A stretch of 61,884 bases of DNA, counting the filler, from Sphacelaria rigidula (taxonomy: Eukaryota), in the NCBI GenBank assembly GCA_964200075.2. It is 6 parts of 6 records of this genome, joined end to end, with 100 filler letters (N's around TTAATTAATTAA, not from the genome) between each part and the next. Parts side by side here need not be neighbours in the genome. Positions count along the whole stretch, not along the records: positions 10,334 to 20,565 come from CAXNAA020006888.1; positions 20,666 to 30,897 come from CAXNAA020006889.1; 4 more parts are not named here. One strand, 5' to 3'. Numbering within the stretch: the first letter of the stretch is position 1; every line of letters begins with the position of its first letter. Made by a program: the position numbers and the translations under genes. A model generated the notes under the pieces. That model had not been told where the DNA came from. It searched no databases and was given only the letters and a program-made list of their open reading frames with translations. Below are positions 10,440-23,548 of the stretch, one piece after another.

Positions 10440-13260
10440 TTGTTACTTTGATTGCCGCAAATAAACTGAGCCGCTACGGACACAGACGTGATTAAAAGAT
10501 AGACGTAACCAAAGTAATAGAAAACACATCAGCTGACACAGAAAAAAATAACCGGAGGAAAAGATCATGAACAAACGAGAAGGCGCAGTGCTCTGAACAA
10601 ATGAAGGAAATGACGAAAAAAAGAGAAAAAAAAATGGAGGAAAAAACGAAACGCCAGGCTAAAATTTAGCAGCGTACCGAGGAAACCCCTCGACAGGCCG
10701 CTGCCGCATGCCTTGAGGATGACAGATCCTTAAAAAACCAAGGCGTTGTGAGCAAGCAGCGAATCAGCTATCTGGAGACCATCCTACGGCGCAGAAACGT
10801 TCACTTGCCAGCTCTGCAAGAGAAAGACGGAAGTCACTAATGCAGGTTCGTAAACGAAGAAAATATGAAAAAGATGTGACCAGGAATAGATAGAGAAGGG
10901 AAGGAAGTAAAGGGAGGTGATACGAGATGGAGTGCAGGAGCTGATCAGAAAATGAAATAAAAAGGAGGAATCCAGGGATAGGCATAAACCATACAAGAAA
11001 ATACGCGAGAGAATATCGCTAGGGTTGCCAAGCAGGAAAGAAAACCAACCTATGGAAATGATAGCTCCATCAGCTTTCATTCCATCCCCCCTTCCCCTCC
11101 TCATCCCCAGTCAGCTACAAAAGCGGCCACTCTTTCGATTACTTCCATATCGGAGTCCTCGCGGGCTGATGTCGCTGTTGCCGTACCATGGGTGGTGTCG
11201 CTTGTATCGACCGCTCTCTACGTTACATTTTTTGCGTGTGGCGTAGGTCGGGTTCTGGTACGTCTTCGCGTTGTCGTGCATCCTCGCACTTCTTCGCCAT
11301 TTTCTCGTCCCTTGTGAGCCATTTGCCCACGTTATCGCAGCGGTGGCCCAATCTTGAGTCCTTGGCCTCCAAGCGGTGCAAAAATATCTTATCCCGCCCT
11401 CTTTGCGCGGTATAGATCCTGAGGTACGCAGACCCTCCTGGAGGTAGTCGTCGTCAGTGCTTGGAAGACGGTACAGCCCCCTTACGCCCTTGTGCAGCAA
11501 ACCGTCCGGACATGATGCGGTTTGGTAAACGTGCTTCGCCCGATCAAAAGTAGCGCTTGCAGGTTGTCATCTCTATGCGTTCGCATTGGGTCATCTCGAG
11601 CACACTTCTTCAGGGAAGCGTCAAGGTTACTGTGGCCACTGCGATCCTTTCAGCGAAGGCCTCCTGCTCGCAGAGCAACTTGTGGGTGGGTGGAGCGCAG
11701 GTTCTCGGATTCCCCTCTAGGTGCAGCATCCACGTAGCACATCCGTACAGCACAGCTTCCATCACCCCCCCCCCATTCGAGGCGATCGGATATTGACCAA
11801 GCCTTGGATTGATTGCGCCGTTGGAAGCAATACCGTTTCGAAGCGTGCTAACGCAGCGCTGATTCAGATCGTGATTTCGATGGAAACATCTGCGTATGCG
11901 CTGACAGCGCCAAGGTAGGACCAACTCGGCCGTCTACGTGTACCGTTGGCCTGCCACCCGGATGTGCAGTGCGGTCAATACAGAGCTGGGTACCGACTAC
12001 AGGCGCATGGCTTCTGTGTTGTTTCCCGATCACGTACGGTGGGACTCGTGGTAGACCACCAATATCACAGCATCATTTTAGCGAGTCCGATCGCTGATCT
12101 CGAGGTCGTACCTGCGTTATCGGCGTACAACGTTCCCCACCCCGAGCGTTGCACCCTCTCTGGCATCCTTTCGTTCACGCAGTCACCATTCCCACCTTTT
12201 GGCGCATCATTTAGACATCCCGAGTCTAAGACGGTGGCCGTATCTGCCACGAAACGCTGTAAAATCACGTCGACCAATGCTGGGTCGAGGATGTCGAAGA
12301 GTAGCGGGGATGAAATGAACCTTTGCCCGAGTCCCTGACGGACGTGAAACCTCTCTGATGGTTCGCCGTCATCCAGCTGCATTGAAGTTGGCGTGTGGTG
12401 ATGAACCACACCGTTGCCCCGATCTTCTGCGGCAGCACTCCAAAATGGGTACGCAGCTTCCACAGGAGCTTGTGGTCTACGGAGTGGTATGCCTTCTGCA
12501 GGACGGTGATGGGCATCTTTTTTCACTGCTTCGAGACTAGTGCAATAAAGGCATACGCGATCCCGCACGGTCCTTTGCCCACTATGCGGGTCATGATGGC
12601 GAGGAGCAGAGAGGATGTTTGTTTCGAAGAAAGGAAACACAAATATTGACTGGACGAAAATACCGGGCGTCTGCAATCCCAAACCAGAGATGCCAAAATC
12701 TAGTGTTTACGTCATCCTCCAAATTCGAAGAAACCACAACCAATCATGCCCGAGGTAATACAATTATTGGTCTCTGGTTGTCAGAGGCGCATGATAACCG
12801 ACAACGTTGAAGCGATTCGTTGCTGGCGCATCCCAACAAAGGTCGTTTCGGTGTCCGATCGTTGGCGCGGTTTTCCGCACTGTTCGTTCAGTAAATCTTT
12901 GCCCCTTCTCAGAAATTGCCGAGCCTGTTCGGTACAATTGTTGCGTCACTTCACGAGTATACGCCGCAACAGAGATTCCCCCGTCGTAACTACACCCGGT
13001 CCTTCTATTGTTCTTGTGTAAAGCACTGTGATGGTGACGAGCTCCCACTCTTGTGGCACCTTGCCAGGTGTACAAACAGCAGGAATGATGTTGTGGACAT
13101 GATGAAGGATCAACGTTGGCTCCCCGACCAATCCGAGCTCAAGGAGTTCAAAAGGTAGCCCATGGGACCCCCTCCGCTTTCTCTCGGGACATGACTCTCA
13201 GCGCCTCTCCTTTTTTGTCCAGGATTGGTGGATATTCATGTGACATGCCGTTCGATAGCG
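10440..13260 (-). mobile_element. Decayed non-LTR retrotransposon (RTE-like LINE): RT domain and 3' UTR
   Basis: Frameshifted RT motifs GKVPQEW, LQKAYHSVD..LLW, QGLGQ..ISSPLLF and LYADNAG (YADD motif). Also LYGCATW and a pyrimidine-rich 3' UTR ending near TTGATTG at ~10448. Confidence 0.9.
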
Positions 13261-13830
13261 ATGTCGAAAGTGGCCGATGTTGTACCCGGAAAATTAAATA
13301 AGGGCCCTTCTCATCTCTTACTGTTCCTCAGTAGTTCCCCCTCTCATCTTCGACCTACTCTTCACTTCCTGTCCCCTCCCTTCTAGTCTCATTCCCCCTT
13401 CCAGATGCCGGTCGCAACCTCTCATGTACCTGTTTCAAATTCAGTCTTTCATTTCATTCGCATTTTATCCAAGAGCCTGAGGAACTTAGCTTGAATCGCC
13501 TCTCTAAGCCTCCTGCATGTCCGCGATCGGATGAATGTGGTCACTTGCTACGAGTTGTATCACAGTAGTAATCACTATTGCTGGTCTTTTGGTGGACGAG
13601 TTTTGGGACGCTATGTGCGCTCGCGCAGAGCAACGACTATCATATGGTTGATAGGCGCAGTACTCGTGCATATGAATTCACTTTTTGATCCTGTCTATCT
13701 CAACTGCTTGCAACCGGGTTCATCGTACAAGCCAAACTTTGCTGTTCGCCGACCCGACGATGTTGTTAGGTTATAACCTGCGGTTTTCGATTCACTATTG
13801 TTCGGGAAATCAGAGCACGATAGCGTCCCT

Positions 13831-14047
13831 GTAATGCGTGAGAGGACCGCATGCTTAGAGGAATAGAGGACGGCATGGTGGTTCGAAACACCTCAGGGTC
13901 CACGTTTTTCAAAACCAATCGGGCCAGTCCCTGCAGGGAACATGCCCCTGACCCTAACCCCAACACTAACCCTATCCCTAACCCTAACCGTAGGGATATT
14001 CAAATGCCGGCGCGGTCCTCTGAGCACGCGATCCTCTCACGCATTAC
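13831..14047 (+). mobile_element. 217-bp MITE with 32-bp TIRs and an internal (CCCTAA)n telomere-like tract
   Basis: GTAATGCGTGAGAGGACCGCATGCTTAGAGGA vs TCCTCTGAGCACGCGATCCTCTCACGCATTAC (3 mismatches). CCCTAA-like units at 13952-13988. Confidence 0.9.
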
Positions 14048-15799
14048 CGTCCTTCTGATGTTCCAAAACCGAGGATATAGTGTGGACGAGGGAGAGAGAG
14101 CAAACGTGACACGGGTTATTGGACGATCGACACCGATGAATTCGGTGGTCACGTGCCTTCGTTGTTTTCCTGTTGGTCGTGAACGCATGTTTTGCAAGTC
14201 GATTCGATATGGGTGGGTGCCTGTGATTGAAAAAATGGATTTAATTGCTGCAGAAGTTATTGTTTCTGGTCCTCTCTGGACGGATCTTGCAATGTTCTGT
14301 GCACTAGTACAGAGTAGCGGCTCTTGTATCGGCGATGTGTACAACAGCCATGCATATGAATGCACTTCTTGTTTCTATGCATCTCAACTGCTGGCAACCG
14401 CGCCTATCATCCAAGCCATACTTCGCTGTACGCCAAGGAGACAATATAATTCGGGCCAAAACCTAGGGTTATTGATCTACTCGTATTCAGGATACCAGAC
14501 CATTGTATGCTGCTTGCAAGGCGCACCACCCGAGGCCACTGCTCGACCCTACTCGTATCGCCAGCCTTGCCCTTTCCCGTCATCCAATTGCTCTTCGAAC
14601 GGCGCTCGAACTGCAGCATCCGCGACCCTCGATTCTGCACTGTCTCACCGTCTGTGCTGTCGGCTGCACTATACTGAGGTCATGCTCTTGTGCCTGCTCA
14701 CTCGGGCCTGCGGCTGCACCGGGATATGTGGTGGCGCGAGGAAATATGACGCGGATGTACGTTGAATACTTTTATTCATTTCACGCTTGGCGTGACTGAT
14801 CTATCTGTGCCCAAATTAGTGACAGGGAACATGTTCATATTTAATCATATTGAGTTTAGAAGGGTGCCTTTATCTCCGGAACATCCTCGATAAGAGCGAA
14901 TCCCACGGATATCATATCAATGATGAAAAAGGGATAAACTTCTGTATCCCTTGTTTTAAGTTTGTGTCGTTGTAGATTTTGATCATTATAACTCGACACG
15001 AAATGGGCGCTCCATTCTATATCACTGGCTTTATCAGCTAACAGCCACCATCGAGACATGCGACAGCCCATGGTGGAGGCCTCGAGCACCCCAGTGCTTT
15101 GTGTTTCGTCTGGGCCGTCCAGGTGCCAAAGTGATGAAGAAACCAAGTATTTCGTGTTTATGTTGACTGAAAATAACACCGAAAGATCACTGAGACCCCC
15201 CTCGAACAATTTTGCGGAGTGTCACAGATGGCCGCAAGTCTCTTAGCATTGGATGGTTTTCCGCCGAACAAAGCACACCGCGCCCAGCTGAATATTGGGC
15301 AGGCGCTCATGTGCCTTGCGTGTCATGTTTCTTCAGGTAGCTTGATTCATTTCATTCGTTCAGGATGAAGAAGCAGGCAAGCAGACACCGGTATGTGATC
15401 TGAAAATTTGGCATGCCGCAGAAGTGTTACTTATGTCACGTACATTTCGGAGACTTTAAGTTCCGTTTTGTCCATCTCTTCAGAAGATGCGAACTATTCC
15501 TAGAATGGGACATATCGAAGAAATCCCCGAAACAAGAGTATTCCAGTCTTCCACATGGCATGTTTATGTGATTTCCCTGATAAAAACCTAAGTAGGCCGA
15601 CCGTATGCTAGCTCGCTTCGATACTTTTCAAGTATCGACATTGTGGTTCGGCACGATATACTGTTTTCCAGTGGTATAGTACGACTCGATGTATAGTAGT
15701 TTCCGGCTAAATCAGGGGAGTTTTGTAATTTTTTCGTAGTCGACGATTTTAAATAGTCCTTTTGCACGCTAGCATTCATACTAGTGAGCGGAATGCTTG

Positions 15800-16540
15800 A
15801 TGTCGACGTGTGGGGATTGGGAGAAACGAGGCATCTGCTCCACATTCCGAAAAAAACAAACAAAATTGCGGTCGATATTGAACGACACGCGGGCTGCATT
15901 GGCAGGGGTTGTTATTGACCGTTTTTGGTCCAATATTCTTTGGTTTCCGTCTGTAGAGCAATGAGAATGCAAGAGAAAAACTAAGGGTCTGTAACATTAT
16001 TGGCGAGAGCGATCGGAATTGGTTCACCCCCCCCGTGCAATACAGGGCTCGGTGGAGCAATTTTTGTAGTTGGGTACTTTTCTTAATTTTCTCGTACAGC
16101 ATTCTCCCTTGGCACTCGCAAGTCCTAGCGTCGATATATATTTGGAATACGAAACAGGTCGTACTCAGGACACAATCCTCAAGCTGGTAATGTCGGGGTG
16201 ATACTAGGTAAGCACGTCGTTCATCAGGGGGTGTTATGGGCCGTCACCAGTCCCAAAAGCACAGTAGTTCGGCTTGAGCGCAATGAATAGGTACAAATTA
16301 AAAAACAATTCTTTACATTTGCTCACGAAAACGATCGAGATCGCTTCAATCGAGAGAAAATACCCAAGGCTCAGAACCTGAGGCTGGGTAGTCGCAGGAC
16401 CCCCGAGAACCGGTCAGCCCATGAGTCGTTTACTATCGAGTGCAGAGATGATTTTTCTTCCTTGATGTGGAGCGGATGCCTAGTACCTCCCAATCCCTAA
16501 ACGTGTGGACCGAGCGTTCATTGAGATGAGCGGAGGCACG
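15800..16540. mobile_element. Non-autonomous element with long degenerate inverted repeats
   Basis: GGGATTGGGAGAAACGAGGCATCTGCTCCACAT (~15813) is inverted at ATGTGGAGCGGATGCCTAGTACCTCCCAATCCC (~16465). Related copy at 6165-6410. Confidence 0.65.
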
Positions 16541-18930
16541 CAAATCAACTGTTGAAAATCGGCGACCACAAAGGAAACTGTTGTACTGCTGCAGAAATGT
16601 CCAGGACTACCGACACTTGTGCAGAGAGGGCCAGATTGATTGATGTGCATCACAACAAGCACACGTACGTAACGCCGACCGCCCCCGCGGACCCACAGAC
16701 ATCAGGCTGTAGGTAATATTAGTCCCAGCGACAAAGGATGCGCCGTACGAAATCTCCGACAACGAGGAGGACGAAGTGCTGCTGCTGAAGGCGGCTAGTC
16801 CTAATACAATAGTCCAGTGTCTGCTTCTGCGGTCGCCATCGTACTTATTGTGGATTCTCTCCGTGCCGCATGCCACGCGATACAATCAATACATACACTT
16901 GACTTGGCACACAACAGGACATGGCGTCTTTTGAACAATTTCCCACCCAAATGATCATTATCCACGTGATACTGTAAGTTGATGCGCCTTCACTAGCTTT
17001 GCATTCACGTTGAAGATGGGGAATTCTGTACGATATAGTGTGGGGTCACGGCCAAGTTGTTAGAGGTGGAATGCAATGTCGTAAATCTTGGGGAATATAT
17101 TCACTTTCTCTAATCGCTTGGCTTGAAAGGAGTAAGTGCGCAATTCAGCAGTCCGCAGGATATCATGGGTATGGAGAAAGCTGCAAGGTGCGAGCTCTCA
17201 ACTTGGTTTTGGCTTCACCAAAAGTGATGGTGCTACTTTGCGTAACATCCGGGTGTAGCAATATAGAGTTCTCCCGAACCTGGCTGCCCAATCCACGGTA
17301 AAAAAAGGAAGCTTGGTTTACGTGTAAACCACCATGTTCTCGGATTTTCAGAGGGCTGACAGTCCCGGGCTCCCACAGCGTGCTCAGGGCGTCTTTTGGC
17401 TCAAATCGGCGCCAGAGGCGCCGGTGTGAGCTCTGCCAACGCACATTCTCCTCACAGGTCTACATCTGCTTTTGGGGGTTTCCGGTTAGGGTGAGCCTTA
17501 TGGTTTGATGAAAACAAAGTATGTTCAATCATTAAACTGGATAACCGGGTTGGGGACCACCCCCATCGAGCAAAAGGGACACAGAAAGGAGCCCGAACTA
17601 AAGCATGTGGTTTTTTCGACATGTGTAATTATCACCAAAGTTACGGAGCATATGTTGTATTTACCATTCAGTTTTGATCATCGGCTGCACACTGTCACCA
17701 AGTTTCTCCAAAAGCATATCAACCGACGAGTGAAGAGGAGTGCAAAGAGGGGCATATCTCTCAGTCCAGCCCCCCTCCCACCCCCCTTTAACGTTTTACA
17801 CATTGGTCAAAAACTACGTCAACAGCAGTATGAGGGCCTCCGCATGCTACTGTAGTATTAGCTGCAGGAGTAATTCATCGTACGTAGGCAGATTGATTGG
17901 GTGCGCTGAACTTCTCTCACACTCCTTCAACAGGGTGCGGTGCGGTCTTCAGGAATTCCAACACTCGGCCGCCTCGCTGGTGTTTTCTAATCGCCACATC
18001 CGTTCGATCTCCCTAACTCGCGGTCAACTCGTACCAATATCTCGGAGGCAGTGCGTCCCTGCTCCGAGGCCGAGGCCGTACTTTCAAAACGTAAACCAAT
18101 CTCAATCTCAGAAGACTGACTATGTCGCGCGGCCCAGCTAATCGGATTGAGAATGCCCCTTCCCCCCCGTCCCCGCCAATGTGGGCTTGAAATACTCTTC
18201 ACTGGCGTGGTGCCTGAACTGAGAGATGTGTGACAAGCTGGTAAATAGGAAGAGAACAACCCGCCAAACTTGCGTAGCTTCCAACCAAAACAACGCCCCA
18301 ATCGAGTTATGGGATTGTTATTGACTTCTTATTCCTTCCATACTATACCTACTAATATACCCTGGAACTTGATAACTCACCCCTCCGACCATCAGCACAG
18401 GTGGCCCGCATACATCATCTATTGAATCTGCACCAACTCTCCTTGAAAAGTTAGTGCATGAACCAGATGACCTACCCTCGCGGTCAAGAGGGTACGGTAG
18501 GCTTTATCATCACGTCCGACAGCTCATGAGCTGCATAAAGTAGTGACTCGTGGAGGGCCTCAGATTCCTTGTCTCAGAACACAAGATTCGTGACATCGGG
18601 GTCCGAGAAGCCAAAGCGCTACCCTTTGGACGATTCCGCGTGCTCGGCTTCCGGCGCTTTAGGGGGGATCAAACTTGGCATATGGGGGTCAAGTGTCATC
18701 GCTCATGATCCGGATCAGTACAAGAATAAGAAGTATTCAGGTAGCTCAGGAGCTGTCTGACGTGTGTGCCTTGTTGATATTTCACACCAGGGGGTGGGAC
18801 ACAACGAGCAGATGTCGTAGGAGGCACGTCCCGAAATTCGTAACTTGCCCGAAAATATGCCAAGAGAAATCCGTGGTATGCACGTCACTGTTGCAGTCCC
18901 CCACACATCAGCTCTGCAAAAATATAGTTG

Positions 18931-19082
18931 TCTCCAACTCAAGATTCCGGTATGTTTTACAGTAATTTTTGGATAAATATATCGGGAACCTCAAGTTTAA
19001 GTAGTAATAGAGGTATCTCGAACTCGAGATTTCCAGGATGTTTCACAGTAATTTACAGATGAATATTTCATAAACCTCGAAT
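18931..19082 (+). repeat. Degenerate tandem duplication, ~85-bp unit
   Basis: TCTCCAACTCAAGATTCCGGTATGTTTTACAGTAATTT vs TCTCGAACTCGAGATTTCCAGGATGTTTCACAGTAATTT. Confidence 0.6.
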
Positions 19083-19989
19083 CTGCGATACCTGAGTTAT
19101 GTAGAAGACCCGGTGTCTGAGATCCCTTGATGACGTAAAAGACCCGGTGGGGGGGAAATATATTTATTGTGGGTGTTACATTTTCAACGCTTAGACGGCG
19201 AGAGAGTGTCATTCATTGAATCGGCATCAATTTACTCCAAAATATATATCCATAACTCGGATATACTACCCTCGCAGGCTAAGGGTTAACCACCACTTGG
19301 TGCAGAATTCGCGCCCACGCTCAACTTGGGTAACGCAGAAACAACGCATTCTTAACCGTTTGACCATTGACCAGGCATCCTTTTCGAGATGGAGCACCGT
19401 TCCTCCTCCTCGGAGGGGGAGTTGGGGGTACGGAGAGCCCGGACGTCGGCCACGGCTATTGAACGCGTGTTACACACACACATGATGGTGTTAACGTTCC
19501 TCACAAGCGTGGCATCTCGTGGAAGTCACCCTCGTCGAGGTGTCGATGGACCTCAATCGATCACCTGCAATTTTGAACAGTGTGCATACCGTTGATCTCT
19601 GTTTCACCACGCTGAAATGAAAGTGTCTATGGATGCTGAAAAAACCTCAAAGACCCTAAAAGCATCCACTGCACCATCACCTCGGTATGAACGGTTACAC
19701 GTTTTCGAAATCAATGCGGAAAATGCTGTACCTTCGTTCATGGCGGAGTATGGCAGCCAGGAAAAAGTGGATCGAAATTGGTTACGAGCTCGCATCGAAA
19801 ACGTGAAGCCCCGGATGTATACACTGGAACCATGCCGTAACCAATTCCGAACTCCTAACCCAAGGTGATCCGAACCTTTCCGGCATGGGGGGTTGTTGCA
19901 CAGCTGAATTCGTGGCGAGGAATATACTGCACTACAATCGATCAATCATCCCCTCACGCATCTTTCCACCGTGCCGTTTTTCGTCACAG

Positions 19990-20186
19990 CGACCTGCACA
20001 TCCGTAGAGGTCACCGGAGCCGAAGGGTTGCTGTCAGGAACCTACGACCTTAACGCAGGCTCAGGCTCATACGTCCGGTACGGAGGCGTCTCTGTCTACA
20101 TCATGGGAAAAGATACTAGCGAGACCTGGTACTTGGGAGAGGGAACTTCTGTCTACTGGGCCAGTTCTGGCTACCCCTACTACTTT
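19990..20186 (+). CDS. Internal exon encoding a small Gly/Tyr/Trp-rich extracellular beta domain
   Basis: TTTTTCGTCACAG|C...TTT|GTGAGT, 197 nt, phase 1 to 0. Encodes TCTSVEVTGAEGLLSGTYDLNAGSGSYVRYGGVSVYIMGKDTSETWYLGEGTSVYWASSGYPYYF. Confidence 0.75.
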
Positions 20187-20447
20187 GTGAGTCAGTAGAA
20201 ATAGTCGAGGACTGCAACCTTTGCGTGTGTTCGGTGTTCAAGGTTTCAGTGCATGAGGAACGGTAGGCATCCGCGCCTGTGGTATGTCGAAGATGACTCT
20301 CTTCGGTTTGCGTCTCCTATGTTCAGGTGATGTATCACACCATGCTTCGTGTATCGTATCTGATAGCTGTGTTGTGTAGTGGCCCAGGATTGTGGTATTT
20401 GTGTAGATATCTCAGGAAGTGGTTTGGTAGGTTCTCTATGCTGACGA

Positions 20448-20565
20448 AGTGCCGTGCTTTCCCTAACCTAAATTCATGACAGATTACTTTCATATGGACC
20501 ACCCCATCCCTCCCGACTTCCCTAAAACTATGTTGAAGGATTTCTAGCCTTCCGTTCCCCCAAAG
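20448..20565 (+). mobile_element. One arm of the foldback family seen complete at 60371-60793
   Basis: Near-identical to 60422-60538. The contig ends inside the arm. Confidence 0.85.
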
Positions 20566-20789
20566 NNNNNNNNNNNNNNNNNNNNNNNNNNNNNNNNNNN
20601 NNNNNNNNNTTAATTAATTAANNNNNNNNNNNNNNNNNNNNNNNNNNNNNNNNNNNNNNNNNNNNGGGGGGGGGGGGGGGGGGGGGGGGGGTGGGGGGGG
20701 GGTGGGTGGGTGGGGGGGGTGAGACCGTGATTTCAACCCTGGTTCCCTCATCTGCTTCCATACTGAATGTACCCCTTGTCCTATCATGG

Positions 20790-21060
20790 AGGTAGTCATG
20801 ATCATGCATGCCATAGTCATAAGATTGTTCACCTCGCATCCCTACAAAATCGGGGCGGAGCATGCCGGGTTTTCGCCGGACCAGGCTCGCAAACAATCAC
20901 CGAGCGCGAAGCGCCGTGGTGTGTTCGGCCCAAAGCCTACTGATTTTCTTGCATTTGTATGACAGCCTCCAGTGAGTTGCTTCATTTTCTGGTGTTGCCA
21001 CTTCCAGAGACAGCCAGGGCTTACACACTGCCTAATGGGTGTCTCACTATGTGTACACTA
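20790..21060 (+). repeat. Dispersed repeat family A (~270 bp)
   Basis: Aligns with 30170-30430 and 61705-61884. Fragments at 21235 and 21410. Confidence 0.85.
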
Positions 21061-21969
21061 CCTAGTATGATCATCCCTTTCGCGCGGAATTGAGGTTCGC
21101 CCACCCCGCACAATTTGGTCAAGCTCGACCACCGTCATGGCTACCGCAACAGAACGCAAGCGCGCAAAACAAATCGGTAACCTGGTTGCCTAACTTATGT
21201 GGTGAGTCGCGACGCCAACTCCATAGGGGGTTCCCCCCCTACAAAGCCTGGACGGAGCACGCCGGACCAGGGGGGGGCGGGGAAGCAGAAACAGGGAGGG
21301 AGGGAACAAGGAATTATTTAGTAGCCAGAAATACACATACAGAAGGGGAAGGGCAAGGGTAGGCAAGGGCGAGGGCACAGGAACTATGAGGAGGCAGATG
21401 GGGGAGGGGGTACTCATTCGTTGCACGCCTTAGACATTCGACCATTGACCACGCATCCCTTTCAGATGGACAGGGAGGGGCGGGGGGACAAGGGGGAAGA
21501 CGGATGGATGGGAGAATATAGGCCTATGTATGAGTTTTGGGGAGTAAAGATCCGACTCTTGGGTGTCTTGACAATCACGAAGATATACTTTTCAAGAATG
21601 GCGCAAAATACGCAGAGACAGCGGGAGAGAGAGAGCAGGGGACTGGTTGGAGGAGACTCAGTAGTGTTGACCACTTGGTCGATTAGAACCTTCCCGGAAA
21701 TGTATTACTTGATTTGAGTATAAACACCGATATTCGGATCTTTAGTGGGGCTGACAGACCCAATTGCCCTTCGCGTGCGCAGAACGCGTTTCCGTCGAAA
21801 TTGGCGTCTGCGGCACCTTTTTGAGGTCTGCCAATACCATACTTTGCCTAGGGAACGCTTTACACCCCCCTCACCCGAGGGTTCTCGGTATGCCTTGGGT
21901 TGGGGGTAGGGTTAGGGTTGGCGTATTTAAAAAAAAAAAAGTTGCCGAGAAATTCATTAATCGATCAAG

Positions 21970-22075
21970 TGGTGAACACACCTCGGGAGACAGGCCAGCA
22001 GAAGCAGGTTGTACGGAGACGGAGACCGCGGGACAGAGCGGCACGGGTTCGATACGTCCCGATGTAATGTTTGCG
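21970..22075 (+). CDS. CD2BP2: Probable upstream exon of CD2BP2
   Basis: AAG|T...GCG|GTGGGC. Encodes GEHTSGDRPAEAGCTETETAGQSGTGSIRPDVMFA and ends in phase 0, joining the exon at 23456. Low conservation. Confidence 0.4.
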
Positions 22076-22129
22076 GTGGGCATTCGTGGGCGTGCGTGAA
22101 AATGAGAAGAAAAAGAAAGCAAGGTTGTG

Positions 22130-22642
22130 TTCTGTAGGGTACGGGTGTGTTCGGTAGGGTATGAGATTTCTCACAGAACTTACAGCTGTCGGGTACCGGG
22201 ATGAAGGTCTTGCAGAACTCCACACCGTGGACAACGACAAGAGATCGCTGCATTGGCAAAAAGTGTATTACGTACAGTATCGAATACATTGTCTATGTCG
22301 ATGGGCCATAGATACTGTACCCGGTACACTTTTTTCCGATATAACATTTTGTCCCTGGTGTGCAGAGCTTGCAGAAATGTCGGGTACCGGTATGGAAGTC
22401 TTTTTAGAACTTACAGAACCCGTCGGGTACGGTATGGAACCTGCACAGAAACCCTCAAACGCAACCGGGTATTTGTACCAGGGCATACTCGTACCCCGGA
22501 TGAGGGTGGAAATTTTGTACAGATCGTACATAACGTTGGGTCCCGGTATGGGAGGCTTACACAAATCACAGAACTGTCGGGTGCCCGTATGAGACGCTTA
22601 CAGAACCTATAGGGTACGGATAATACCCGGGATACCCCGGGT
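22130..22642 (+). repeat. Intronic element built from ~42-bp units (CAGAACTTACAGAA..GTCGGGTACCGGTATG)
   Basis: Several degenerate unit copies, ending in TACCCGGGATACCCCGGG. Confidence 0.75.
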
Positions 22643-23455
22643 GTAGAAAATGTTGAACCCTGCAAAGCACAAGCTTGATACTTATTTGGATTATGACACG
22701 TATCGCACCGTATACGAAGTATGCGCGACACACGCCATTGTTTACGGGTGCTGCACCCCCTTGCTGTTTCTACGCCCTGGACAATGACGATGGATTGCGT
22801 TGTAAAAAAAATGTACTGCGCACAGTATGAAAATATATTGTCTTGCAAGCCGTACGGAACCCGGGGCTGCGCCCCGCTCCCATCCGTCTTTTTCGAGGGT
22901 CTCGGTATTCTTGCCTTGCCAAGCCCTCGTGAGAATAGATCCTCTCTCGAAATGTTCATGCCCGTCGGAAATATTGCAGGACCACCGCGATCGCGCGTCC
23001 GTTCGAACGGTCGCGAACATATGTGTACCCCCGCATAAAGTAAAGTACGAATCTGCCAACCGGACCCCTAGCATCGGCATTGGCCCGAGTAGTCATCTCC
23101 CGGGGCTGGTGCGGAGGAACTTGCACACTAAAATCAGCATCGAATCTCGTGGACGCCTCGTTACAAAGTATGCTTGACGCTCGTGAGTTCGAAGTATTCT
23201 ATGTATATACTATTGCACTAAACGCAGCAGTCGATACTGTATGCGTACACGTTTTGACATCGTGAATCTATTGTCATTGTCCATGATGTGGTCGTTTCAC
23301 GTTATCCTCTCGTGTTTCGCGTGTTCCACGTGGAAGCATGTCTTGTGCCAGCAGAAACAACCAAAAATAATATTGAATAGTATATGAAAAAAAACATTTA
23401 CCTGTTTTTTTTTCCGTTTTTTTCGGGGCGGGGGGGCGGGGGGGGGGGTGATCAG

Positions 23456-23548
23456 ACAAACGAGGCTGGAGACCCCATCGAGCCGTTCAATCTGCGCAAC
23501 GAGCGGGACATCGGTTTCTTCGATGCCAACGGAAACTTCGTGTGGAAG
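23456..23548 (+). CDS. CD2BP2: CD2BP2/Lin1 (U5 snRNP 52K) exon
   Basis: CAG|ACA..AAG|GTAAAA, 93 nt. TNEAGDPIEPFNLRNERDIGFFDANGNFVWK matches the conserved ITPFNL.EE.EEG.FD.DGNY motif. Confidence 0.9.

Noticed and set aside
13851-14765. 304-aa ORF
   Set aside because: It starts inside a MITE (the PNPNTNP stretch comes from CCCTAA repeats), has no domain or coding-like composition, and has no convincing exon structure.
14856-15209. 117-aa minus-strand ORF with protein-like composition
   Set aside because: No recognisable motif and no supported splice sites; it may be a decayed TE fragment but cannot be called.
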